Positions 1-11,651 of a stretch of 64,000 nt of DNA are shown here, one piece after another. The stretch's first letter is position 1. Every line of letters begins with the position of its first letter. This DNA comes from Mobula birostris (taxonomy: Eukaryota), in NCBI RefSeq assembly GCF_030028105.1, contig NC_092402.1:44132137-44196136 (forward strand), written 5' to 3'. The notes under the pieces are model-generated. The model was given only the letters and a program-made list of their open reading frames with translations, was not told the origin of the DNA and made no database searches. Position numbers and translations under genes: made by a program.

Positions 1-117
1 GAAGGCAGGATAACGGGGTTGAGAGGGATAATAAATCAGTCATGATGGAATGGTGGAGCAGACTTGATAGGCCAAATGGCCTAATTCTGCTCCAATGTCT
101 TAGTGTTTTATGGTCTT
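1..117 (+). mobile_element. CR1 LINE 3' end fragment
   Basis: CR1 3' tail 'ggccaaatggcctaattctgctccaatgtc...tatggtct', the same tail as at 6440-6487. Confidence 0.75.
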
Positions 118-744
118 CATTAAACCTTCCTCATGCTGGTATCAGCGTTTACCAACACTATGTAGCAACATAACTGGACACTGATGAAGCAGCTTTTACA
201 GCACACTGTGCTGATAATTCTTGGTCTCAGTTTAAATCCATCACAGATGTTGGATAAAGACATATTCCTGCCAGGAAATATCTTCTCATTAAGACAGCTG
301 TTCAAAATAAAAAAAATAGGGATGGTTAAATCACAGAGTGCCCTGCCACCAATGCCCAAAAACAACTCAACATGACCAAGGTCTGACATTGGGGCAACTC
401 TCCTGTAAGGGTAGGAAGGTTGTGAGCACTTTCACTGATGGCCAACTCCTCCGATTATATGATTTGTAAACATTAAGCATCAAGCAGTACAAATTTATTT
501 TGTGTAAAAGGGGTTAAGTTCAACAGCCTCTGAGACAGGAAGGACTGTTAACTCCTGGGTGATCACAATGCAGTCTATGTGCCCGTTCACTATAATGACT
601 GGAGCAGCCTGCCAGCCTGCACTGACTTATATTCTCAGCTATTTGTTCATACATGCAGGGGTGGGTGGTTGGGGGGAGGTGACACTGTGAACGGTTATCA
701 AGGTTAAAGCAAGTCTGCGTCTATTAACGGCAATGGCTTAGGCA

Positions 745-1044
745 GGTAGTGTTTTTCACTTAGTGGAAATGTCAAATACTAGAGGGCATAGCTTTAAGGT
801 GAGAGGCAGAAAGTTTAAAGGAGATCTATGAGACAAATTTTCTGCACAGAGAGCGGTAGTTGACTGTAAAACACTGCCGGGGAATTAATGGAAGCAGATA
901 CAGCAGCAAGGTTAAAGAAGGCATTTAGACAGGAGCATGAATTAGTAGGGAATGGCAGATGGGATTAGTTTGAATTGACATCATGGCTGGCACAGACATT
1001 GTTGGCTGAAGGGCCTGTTCTGTGCTGTACTGTTTGATGATCTA
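745..1044 (+). mobile_element. CR1 LINE 3' fragment
   Basis: 'actagagggcatagctttaaggtgaga' (TRGH motif) and tail 'gaagggcctgttctgtgctgtactgt'. Confidence 0.75.
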
Positions 1045-1284
1045 AGGTTAGTCCTCCTCAAGCAGAAGGATCATGTGTACGCACTGACCAATATACCACA
1101 CCTACAGTATGTGACACACCTCTCCACTACCCCTATCACTCTGCATGTTCAGTTCCCCACCTCAACATACAGTATGCAAACCTTACAGCTGCAATTTTTG
1201 AGGGCTGTAAGATACTGGGTTATGACAACCTCACAGATTGCCTATTTTCCTCACTTCCCTCTCTCCTCTACAGAAAGTGGTGGG

Positions 1285-2610
1285 CACAACCTAGTCCATT
1301 ACAGGCAAAGCCCTCCCCAGCATTGAGCACATTGACAAGGAGCGCTGACACAAGAAAGCAGCAGCCATCACCAAGGACCCCCATCATCCAGGCCGTGTCC
1401 TCTTCTTGCTACTACTATCAGGCAAGAAGTACTGAAGCCTTAGGTCTCCACCATGTTCAGGAACAGTTATTATCCTTCAGCTATCAGGCTCCTGAATGAG
1501 TGTGAATACCTTCATTCACCATAACTCTGAACTGATTCTATGACCTACAGACTCACTTTCAAGGACTCTTTGCAACTTGTTCTCAGTATTATTTTTTTAT
1601 TTGCACAGTTATTCTTTCTTTAAACATTGGATGTTTGTCAGTCTTTGTTTATATTGGTAAATGTGAGGTCATCCACTTTTGAAGGAAATATGGAAGATAA
1701 GATTATTTAAATGGTAAAAGATTGCAGCATGCTGCTGTGCAGAGGGACTTGGGAGTGCTTGAGTATGAATCGCAAAAGGTTGGTTTACAGGTGCAGCAGC
1801 CTATTAAGAAGGCAAATGGGATGTTGGCCTACATTGCTAGAGGGATTGAATTTAAGAGCAGGGAGGTCATGCTACAACTGTACAGGGTACTGGTGAGGCC
1901 GCACCTGGAGTACTGCGTGAAGTTCTGGTCTTACTTGAGGAAGGATATACTGGCTTTGGAGGTGGTGCAGAGGAGGTTCACCAGGTTGATTCCAGAGATG
2001 AGAGGGTTAGACTATGAGAAGAGATCAAATCCCCTGGGACTGTACTCGCTGGAATTCAGAAGAGGAGATCTTATAGAAACATAAAATTATGAAAGGGATA
2101 GATAAGATAGAGGCAGGAAAGTTGTTTCCACTGGTGGGTGAGACTATAACTAGGGGAAATGGCCTCAAGATTAGGGGGAGTAGATTTAGGACAGAGATGA
2201 TGAGGAACTGCTTTTCCCAGAGAGTGGTGAATCTGTGGAATTCTCTGCTCAATGAAGCAGTGGAGACTACCTCAGTAAATATAGTTAAGACAAGGTTGGA
2301 TTTTTGCATAGTAGGGGAATTAAGGGTTATGGGGAAAAGGCAGGTAGGTGGAGAACAGTCCATGGCCAGATCAGCCATGATCTTACTGAATGGCAGAGCA
2401 GGCTCGACTGGCCAGATGGCCTACTCCTGCTCCTATTTCTTATGTTATTATGTATAGCTTTCTTGTAAATGCAATTGTATTTCTTTTTTTTTTCTGTAAA
2501 TGCCTGCAAGAAAATTAATCTCAAGTTAGAATAGGGTAACTCTGCTCCAATGTCTTATGGTCTAATACACTGTAATGTACCTTGATAATAAACTTACTTT
2601 GAACTTTAAA
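1285..2610 (+). mobile_element. Rex1/Babar-type LINE 3' end interrupted by the CR1 at 1652-2453
   Basis: KKAA.I.KDPHHPG-like coding remnant at about 1350-1470. The 3' UTR resumes after the CR1 and ends in 'aataaacttactttgaacttt', like the copy ending at 47558. Confidence 0.65.
1652..2453 (+). mobile_element. 5'-truncated CR1 LINE (ORF2 C-terminus pseudogene and 3' UTR)
   Basis: ORFs 1722-2084 and 2089-2457 contain QRDLGV, LYRVLVRPHLEYC, VQRRFTRLIP and FSQRVVNLWNSL. Confidence 0.92.
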
Positions 2611-3269
2611 CTCTTTCAGAACAAGATGGCAACAGGAACTAACTGCAGAGAGACAAGGGAACCAGAGTGGAGACCATGGCTACCCAGAAGCAGGGGTTAC
2701 ATCTTTGCGGATGATGACATCTGATACCCAATTCTCCTTCTCACATCTCATTAAGCCCAGACAGTACTCCTGAGTTACAAGCTGCACGCGATGTCACCGC
2801 ACGTCTTATTTATTCCTCTGCTCGCCCCAATCCTTAGATTAGTAAAGCGGCTGTTGCACAGAGAGAAGGTGTCACGACTGCTGCAAGTACAGCGAGAACT
2901 GGCTTGCATGACTTACTATCCAAACTAGATGGACGCTGAAGGAGTGTAATCCCTTTTGACTTTGGCATGTAGCAGAGATCTTATGCAGATATTAAGCACG
3001 TAGTCAGTGACTAGCCCCACAACTCCACTGGCCTGTAACCACCTCAAAGCTACATACACTTAACCAGAATGGTCTCTTGCAGAAGGGACCGAGATGCTAT
3101 CAGTTATCTTTGAAGGGAGAACCTTGCTGAGCTCCTGGGTGGCAAATTGTGAGGTTTTGCAGGTGCCCTCACCTCCATTCTGAAGGCTATTAGCAATGTA
3201 GTCATTGTTCTGTTCTGATGGCTGTAGCAAGTGCTAGATTACAGCAGGAACATCCTCAGTGAAGTAGAA

Positions 3270-3548
3270 GTGGCACAGTCACGTAACACTTTATAGTGCC
3301 AGTGATCGGGTTCAGTTCCACTGCTGTCTGTAAGGAGTCCTCCCTGTGACCATGTGGATTTCCTCCAGGTGCTCCAGTTTCCTCCCACATTCCAAAGGCA
3401 TACATTTAGGGTTAGTAAGATGTGGGCAAGAAGGTGTGGTGACACTTCCAGTCTGCCCCCAGCACATCCTCGGACTGTATTGGCCATTGACACAAACCAC
3501 ACATTTCATTGTATGATTCAATGTACATGTGACAAATAAAGCTCATCT
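3270..3548 (+). mobile_element. tRNA-derived V-domain SINE
   Basis: V-domain-like 'ggatttcctccaggtgctccagtttcctcccacattccaaag' and tail 'gtacatgtgacaaataaagct'. Related copies at 9090-9420 (+), 15950-16235 (-), 35225-35410 (-) and 42500-42725 (-). Confidence 0.75.
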
Positions 3549-4253
3549 TTTAAGTGTTCTTTGCTGTGATTCAAGGAGGAGAAATGCTTTCTGAACACAC
3601 AACATGGACAAAATCTCCTGCTTGCATTTCCTCCTCTTCACCCTTTCAGCAGCTTGACCCACTTTGCTGGTCCTCTCCCAGTCTTGCTGTTTTATACAGA
3701 GAGTCCCTATAAATGCAGTTCTGGCAGTCAAAGTTCAAGGTAAATTTATTATCAAAATACATATACCGTACGTCACCAAATACGACCCTGAGATTCATTT
3801 TCTTGCAGGCATTCACAGTAAAACAAAGAAGTATAATACGAGTGTACAATAAAGAAAGAAATTCAGTGTGGATATTCTAATGTCTGTTATATGTCCAACA
3901 GTACCTGCCATTCTACTCTAGTAGACTTAGGCAACTTGAATGAACTTTGGAGAGCTTCAAACAATTGTATAATTGTAACAAGTTCCATTAAAAAAATCTT
4001 GTAATTAACTTGTAAATGGTTAAAAAACTTCCAAATAGTGACAGCGACTGGAATCCTTCCTGTTCTTCAAAAGTTCACTGTACTTCAGTGGATGTTCAAC
4101 TGTGTGAGGCTGATAGGGTCATTAGCTGGAGGACTGAGCTCCAAAGTGTCAGTACTCATGTCAAGTAAGTATTGTATGGTGTATTGCTCTGCTCTACAAA
4201 CTTCCATGTGATATTCTATCATTAGAGTAATACCCACATCAGTGAGAATTATG

Positions 4254-4351
4254 GTGTGAGTGAGTGAGTGAGATAGAGATAGAGATAGAGAGAGCGAGAT
4301 AGAGAGAGAGAGATAGAGACAGAGATAGAGAGACGGAGATAGAGATAGAGA
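4254..4351. repeat. Compound microsatellite (GAGT)n/(GAGATA)n
   Basis: Directly visible tandem repeats. Confidence 0.9.
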
Positions 4352-4562
4352 TTCAGGAACAGCTTCCTCCCCTCTGCCATTCAATTCCTGAATGGACATT
4401 GAACCTGTGAACACTACTTTTTTTGCACTACTTATTTAATGCAATTATTTAATTTATATACTTACTGCAATTCAGCTATTATGTACTGCATTGTACTCCT
4501 GTTGCCAAAACAACAAATTTCATGACATATGCCTATGATATTAAACCTGATTCTGATTCTGA
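4352..4562 (+). mobile_element. Rex/Babar-type LINE 3' tail
   Basis: 'ttcaggaacagcttc' ... 'gatattaaacctgattctgattctga' with a (GATTCT)n tail, shared with copies ending near 39250 and 54560. Confidence 0.7.
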
Positions 4563-4932
4563 GCATGCTACAAAAGCTATTTAGCCCCAGAAAATGAGTT
4601 GTTATAATTCCAGTTCCTTGTGTACAGAGTTTTGTGCTTCCAGCAAAAAAATGAGTAATAACTGGAGACTGTGCATTTCAATGAAGTCAATTTCAGATAG
4701 GCCAAATGGTCTCCTTCTACATTGCAAGGAAATTCTAAACATTAGAGTCTACTTGCTCTTTTTCACCTAACCAAGCAATGTAACCTTCCAGTCCATTCTC
4801 CCTCATATCTTCAAACTTCCCCTTAAATATATCCAATCTATTTGTTTTCAACTAAGCAAAAAGAGATGAATGAGAGATTTCATATTAAAGGTGGTATGAT
4901 ATTCTATTCACCGATTCAAGATTTAAGTTTCA

Positions 4933-5121
<189 letters not shown>

Positions 5122-5191
5122 CTAAAAATAGAACAGAAAATTTTAAGGAAGGGGAAACACGTAACCGTAAGCCTCAGTAGCAGAACTCTAG

Positions 5192-6487
5192 GTGGAAGGA
5201 AGCAGGGAACTGCACCCTATGGTTCTGAAAAAGGTAATGGTAGAGATTGTGGAGACATTAGTAATGATTTTTCAAAAATCTTTGGACTTTGTCAGCCCAC
5301 TCTTTAAGAAAGGAAGAAAGCAGCAGAAAGGAAGTTATAGACCAGTTAGCCTGAACTCAGTGGTTGGGAAGATGTTGGGGTCAATTGTTAAGGATGAGGT
5401 TATGGAGTACTTGGAGACACAGGACAAGATAGGACAAAGTCAGCATGGTTTCCTTAAGGGAAAATCTTGCCTGATGAACCTGTTGGAATTCTTTGAGGAG
5501 ATTACACATAGGATAGATAAAGGGGATGCAGCGGATGTTGTATATTTGGACTTTCAGAAGGCCTTTGACAAGGTGCCACACATGAGGCTGATTACCAAGT
5601 TAAGAGCTCATGGTATTACAGGAAAGTTACTAACATGGTTAGAGCATTGGCTGATTGGTAGGAGGCAGCGAGTGGGAATAAAAGGATCCTTTTCTGGTTG
5701 GCTGCCAGTGACTAGTGGTGTTCTGCAGGGGTTGGTGTTGGGACCACTTCTTCTTATGCTGTATATAAATAATTTAAATGATGGAATAGATGGCTTTGTT
5801 GCCAAGTTTGCAGATAGTACAAAGATTGGTGGAGGGGCAGGTAGTGTTGAGGAAACAGGTAGGCTGCAGCAGGACTTAGACAAATTAGGAGAATGGGCAA
5901 GAAAGTAGCAAATGAAATGCAATGTTGTGGACAGTGTTGAGTATTGTGGACAGTTCTGGGCTCCTCATCTAAGAAAAGATGTGTTGGCATTGGAGAGGCT
6001 TCAGAGGAGGTTCACGAGGATGATTCTGGGAATGAAAGGGTTATCATATGAAGAATGCTTGATAGCTCTAGGTCTGTACTTGCTGGAATTTACAAGGGTA
6101 AGGGGGGATCTAATTGAAATCTTTCGAATGTTGAAAGGCCTAGACAGAGTCGATGTGGAAAGGATGTTTCTCATGGTGGGGGAGTCTAGGACAAGAGGGC
6201 ATAGCCTCAGGATGGAGGGGAGTCCATTTAAAACAGAGATGTGGAGAAACTTCTTTAGCCAGAGGGTAGTGAATTTGTGGAATTTATTACTACAGGCAGC
6301 TGTGGAGGCCAGGTTGTTGGGTGTATTTAAGGCAGAACTTGATCGGTTCTTGATTGGACATGGCGTCAAAGGTTACCGGGAAATGGGGCTGAGGAGATAA
6401 AAAAAAAGGATCAGCCATGATTAAATGGCAGAGCAGACTCGATGGGTCAAATGGCCTAATTCTACTCCTATGTCTTATGGTCTTATG
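5192..6487 (+). mobile_element. 5'-truncated CR1 LINE with RT pseudogene and an internal deletion
   Basis: ORF 5192-5908 has YRPVSL, QHGF, YLDFQKAFDKVPH, SGVLQGLVLGPLL and KFADS. ORF 5912-6400 is the C-terminus. The tail is (TATGGTCT)n. Confidence 0.95.
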
Positions 6488-7179
6488 GAAAGGGTGTGAT
6501 TGTGGAAAGGAAAGGGGAGAAGAGAGAATGGCCTTAGTAGGAGGGGTTCTACCACCTGTGGAAAGAATCCCTAGAGTATCTACTTTTCCAAGCCAGCTCA
6601 CAATCACTTATGTTCTAATCATTTCTCTAAACTCTTCATGACTTGGATGCAATTTATACCATCTGACCTCATAAAATATCCTCTTTATCTTCATTGTCCA
6701 GGACACATCTAGGTTCTAACATAAGCCACAAGCTGCTCCTCTAATTTAAATTTTCATTTCAAATTCCTCACGTTGTTTTTTGGAGATGCCATTAAGTTAA
6801 TTACTTTTTATTTTAATTATTCAATTTGTATGATTTCTTGTGATGTTCAAAAAATTAAGCAATCATTTGAGACTATCTGTGGAAATTAATCAGCAATTAA
6901 CATCAGGTTGTATGTTTCTTGGGGTGTCATTGTAAAGATTCATCAGTAAGGATGATTGAACTTGTAACTTAAATTCTAGTACACATTTTGGCTTTACTGT
7001 TCATTCTGTCATTAATTTGTGCTGTGACTTTTATTATGATCTCTCCAATGTTATTACATAAACTTTTGTTAAGTTGTAGCCAACTTTCCATTTGTAGAGT
7101 AGAGAAAGTCTGAATGATTCAATGACTTTTGTTAAGAAAGTGTCTGAAGAGATAAAGGACTGAGGAGAATAGATGGAGC

Positions 7180-8330
7180 TACCCATCTTGATAAACAGGA
7201 CAGCACTGTGAGGACCATGTTTTTTGATTTCTCAAGTGCCTTCAATACCATACAGCCCTCATTGCTGGAAAAAAGCTCCATTCAATGCAGGTTGGCACTT
7301 CCATTGAGTCCTGGATAATGGAGTACCTGACTGGCAGACCACAGTTTGTGCGGCTTCAGAGCTGTGTGTCAGACATGGCTATAAGCAGCACTGGGGCCCC
7401 ACAGGGGACTGTATTGGCTCCCTTCCTGTTTACACTGCATACCTCAGACTTTAGATACAACAATGAGTCATGTCATCTGCAGAAATTCTCTGATGACTTG
7501 GCAATCGTTGGGTGTATAAAGGGAGGATGGGAGGATGAATACAGAGCCCTGGTGGAGGACTTTGTCAAATGGTGCAAGCTGAATTGCCTGCAGCTCAACA
7601 GTAAATCAAAGGAGATAGTGATGGACTTTAGGAAGATTAACCCCGCACTGCTCCCTATTACTATTGATGGTGAGGATGTGGATGTGATGAGGACCTACAA
7701 GTACCTGGGGATGCACCTGGATGACAGACTTGAGTGAAGCATCAATACAGAGGCCGTGTACAAGAAGGGCCAGAGTCACCTCTACTTCCTGAGGAGACTG
7801 AGGTTCTTTGGAGTAAACAGGCCTCTCCTTCACATGTTCTACCAGTCTGTCGTCACCAGTACAATCTTCTATGCTGTGGTGTGCTGGGGCAATGGCATCA
7901 ACACAGGTGATGCCAACAGGCTCAATAAACTGATTAGAAAGGCTGGCTCTGTTATAGGAGTCAAAATGGACACGCTGGAGGCTGTGATAGAACAAAGGAC
8001 ACTGCAGAAAATCCTGGCAATTCTGGACAATGTTTCTCACCCTCTGCATGCCATCTTGGCTGAACAGAGGAGCACTTTTACTAATAGTCTAAGACAACTG
8101 CACTGCTCCAAAGAGCGTTACATGATGTCATTCTTACCTTCGACCATTAGGCTCTCTAATGAGTCAACCTATAGCTGGGGAAGTGATGACTCTCTCCTGT
8201 TAGACTGTTTGAGGTAACTTATTTTTTATTCTTTCTTACTTCTCTTCTAATATTTGTATATCTGTGCACTTGTAATGCTACTGTGACAGAGTAATTTCCT
8301 TTGGAATCGATAAAGTACCTATCCATCTAT
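7180..8330 (+). mobile_element. Rex1/Babar-clade LINE, 5'-truncated (RT pseudogene)
   Basis: DFSSAFNTIQP, GAPQGTVLAPFLFTL, KFSDD, YKYLG and LYFLRRLR, with an (ATCT)n-like tail. Related copies at 11994-12290 (-) and 62553-63128 (+). Confidence 0.9.
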
Positions 8331-8594
8331 GACCTAACATTCAAAGTAACTTCAGGTGGTAAGTTGTTCATCTCTTCAAGTAGCCACTACTTTCCTCTAA
8401 GTTTCAAGTGCTTCACTGCTGTTTGTGTAGAGTCTGTGAGATGCACAGATGCCAGACATTACAAAGCAAAATAAGATAGGCTTATTCCAATGTTTCTGCT
8501 GATGCTTTTGCTCAGATCAGAGACTGAACATAGTCTTTGAATAGTCATTCAGCACTTGGGCCTGTTCCACTTATCAGCTAGGTTCCAAAAAAAC

Positions 8595-8905
8595 TGGGAA
8601 GATTTATATTTATATGGAGTCTTTTGTGTTCTTTTAGGACATTCCAAAGCGATTAACAGTGTTTTTGAAAAGTGTTCACTGTTGTAATGTAGGTAACTTA
8701 GCCAACCTCCTACCAAAAGCAATACAATAAAGGTCATATCATCTGATGTTTGGTAATATGAAGTCTGGGATAAATACTGGCTGAACAGCAGGCAGAACTA
8801 TGTTGCTGTTTTTTGAAATAATGCCACTCGATCTTTTATGTCTCCTGAGAAAGAGAAAGGGGCCTCAATTTAACATTTCATATGGCATTCCAAGAGTGCA
8901 TAAAT
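8595..8905 (-). mobile_element. Ancient Deu-domain SINE (SacSINE1/AmnSINE-like), strongly decayed
   Basis: 'gggataaatactggc...gaaataatgccactcgatcttttatgtctcctgagaaagagaaaggggcctcaatttaacatttcat' resembles the reverse-complement Deu domain. A related segment lies at 34915-35080. Confidence 0.55.
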
Positions 8906-9089
8906 TTCTCAAGAACTCTTGAAAAAGAGGATTTTGGGATCTTTTGTGAGATTATTAGTTTGGCACCAGTGCAACTGAACTCCAGACTTTCACCATTTCC
9001 AGTTACCCTTTTATTTTAGGTCATAGAGATATACAGCATGGAAACAGGCCCTTTGGCTCTACAATTCCATAATGACCAAGTCATCTAAC

Positions 9090-9420
9090 TGGGCAGCACA
9101 GTAGCCTCGTGGTTAGTGCAGTGCTTCACAGCAGCCAGCTGTAAGAATGGAGTTCGATTCCCATTGCTCTCCGCAACAAGTTTGAACATCCTCCCCGTGA
9201 GAGCGTGGGTTTCCCCTGGGCGCTCCGGTTTCCTCCTACATTTCAAAGATGTACCAGTTAGCATTAGTGAGCTGTGGGCATACTATGTTGGTGCTGGAAG
9301 CGTGGTGACATTTGTGAGTTACCCAGTTCAATCCTTGTTGATTTGATTTTACACAAACAATGCATTACACTGTATGTTTAGAAGCACTGTACACGTGACA
9401 AAAAAACACTAATCTTTGTC
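9090..9420 (+). mobile_element. V-domain SINE
   Basis: A-box-like 'tagcctcgtggtta', B-box 'gttcgattcc' and V domain 'gggtttcccctgggcgctccggtttcctcc'. Confidence 0.8.
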
Positions 9421-9429
9421 TTAAGCACC

Positions 9430-9645
9430 AAGAGGTTCTGTAGATGTTGGAAATCCAGAGTAACACACACAAAATGCTGAAGGAACTCAATAGGTCAGGG
9501 CAGCATCTACAGAGGGAACAAACAGTCGACGTTTTGGGCCGAGACCCTTCATCAGTATCAGTCCTGATGAAGGGTCTTGGCCGGAAATGTCAACTGTTTA
9601 TTCATTTCCCGAGATGCTGCCTGACCTACTGAGTTCCTCCAGCAC

Positions 9646-9672
<27 letters not shown>
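9430..9672. mobile_element. Penelope-like-element-derived inverted repeat with two head-to-head hammerhead motifs
   Basis: Left arm 'acacacaaaatgctgaaggaactc...cagtcgacgttttgggccgagacccttcatcag' is the reverse complement of right arm 'cagtcctgatgaagggtcttggccggaaatgtcaactg...gagttcctccagcac(tg)n'. Confidence 0.8.
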
Positions 9673-9676
<4 letters not shown>

Positions 9677-9694
9677 CTTTATCTTAATTTTTAT

Positions 9695-10100
9695 TTGCTT
9701 GCATTTGGCCCATATCCCTCTGAACCTTTCCTATCCATGTTCCTGTCTCTAGCACTTCCTCTGACAGCTCATTCCATATAGGCACCACTCTGCATGTGGA
9801 AAAAAAGTTGTTTGGGGGCCCTTTTTAAATCTTACCCCTCTCATGTTAAGTATATGTATGCCCTTTACTTTTAAGCTTTCCTACTCTGTGAAAAGACTGG
9901 GCCTTACCTATGCCCCTTGTGAATTTACAGACCTCTATTAGGTCACTCCCTATCTTCCTTTGCTCCAGGGGAAAAGTTCCCCTATCCAGCTTCCCAATAT
10001 AACCCATGCACTCCAGTTCCAGTAAAATCCACCTAAATCTTTTCTGTGCCCTCTCCAATTTAATGACATCATTCCTAGAGCAGGGCAACCAGAACTGTAA
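9695..10100 (-). mobile_element. CR1 3' fragment
   Basis: ORF 9846-10088 contains DVIKLERAQKRF and DLIEVCKF. Confidence 0.75.
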
Positions 10101-10294
10101 TACTTAAATTTGGGTGTTTAGTCTGCTGGCAGTACTAGACTCCAAATCTCTCCTCAGACCAGTCAGGGGAACTAATACAGTACATTCAATAAAACTGAAC
10201 TCACTTCCTGTAAAAATCTCTTAATTTATTCAAGGAGAATAGATTATATGCAACAGATCTCATCTGGATGTCATATATACAGAACAGGACCAAG

Positions 10295-10725
10295 AGTATC
10301 ATAAAGGATCCCATCCACCTTGACACGGACTGTTTGTTCCACTCCCATCAGGGAGGAGGCTATTTCGCATCCATGCCAGGACCACCAGACTCAAAGGCAG
10401 TTACTTTCCCCAAGCAGTAAGGCTGATCAACACGTCCACCCACTAACCCACCCTAGCACACCCTTAACCACCACTACTTTATCAGTTCTTGTCAATCTCC
10501 TTATGTACAGACACTCCTGTGCCTAGCAACACTTTATGGACATACAATCAATCTCAGTATATAAGCTATTTTATGTATTTATATTTATCGTGGATTTTTC
10601 ATTATTATTGTGTTCTCTATCGTATTGTGTTTTTTGTGCTGCATCAGATCCAGGTAACAATTATTTTGTTCTCCTTTACACTCGTGCAGTGGAAGTGACA
10701 TTAAACAATCTTGTCTTGCTTTGTC
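10295..10725 (+). mobile_element. Rex/Babar-type LINE 3' fragment
   Basis: 'ccactcccatcagggaggaggcta...accaccagactcaaaggcagttactttcccc' with a tail 'attaaacaatcttgtcttg'. Confidence 0.65.
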
Positions 10726-11651
10726 TTGTAATTGAATCTATACTTTGGAAATAGCCTTTCAGATCTTTTGAAATGGAAATGGATAAACTGCATGGGTATA
10801 TCATTTTTCAAAAATTGCCAGTTAGCTCCTGGTTTCTGATGTTGGCGCCTGGGAATAATTGATACAGACCAGTATGTTAAAATCCACATTATTGGCTTCT
10901 GTAAGCAGAGAACTCAATTGAATGGTGATCATTCAAAAACATGACACTGGTCAACCTGTTACCTAGTCCAATCCTGGACCGTGGCTACTGTGGGAACTTA
11001 ATTCAGTAAAAGACCAATGTGATCCAACTTTCTGGCAAGTGTTGGGCTTAGCAGCTGCTTCACTGTAAACTTTTAGTCAAGTTTCTTGACAACTTGTTGA
11101 ATGCTGCATGTCTAATTAATTATACAATGTTTTCGACTTGCAAAAACACTGAAAGTGTGAACAAATATCTGCTGCAAGGCCCTTATTGACAAACCTTGAC
11201 TAACATGATAGCATTTTGTTTTCCCATTAGAAAAGCCACAAATGAACTACTGAGTTTGGAACCTTGATTGGAAAGAAGGGCTTTCTACCTCCCTCCTGAT
11301 TCTGATGGCTATATGGGTTTTGGTGTATCTCTACTGACATAACACTAAAAATCTAGGCTGAATATCTGGGGTAACATTGAGGGAATTCTGTAATGTTGGA
11401 TTCTGCAAGGCTGCAATATGAATGGTTAAAAACTGACAATACTCAGCAGGTCTGGCAGCGTCTGTGGAGAGAGATGCAATATTATGCTTTAGGTTGATGA
11501 CCTTTAATTAGAACTGGTGAAAGGTTCTGATGATTAACATTCCAATGAATGGTATATGTGACTTGAAATGCTAGTTCTATTTCTTTCTCCACAGATGTTG
11601 CAATATCTGCTGAATACTTCCAGCATTGAGTGCGATTCAGGATCAGCCATA

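Noticed and set aside
120-389. Overlapping short ORFs (89 aa -, 63 aa +)
   Set aside because: No recognisable domain or splice structure; consistent with chance ORFs.
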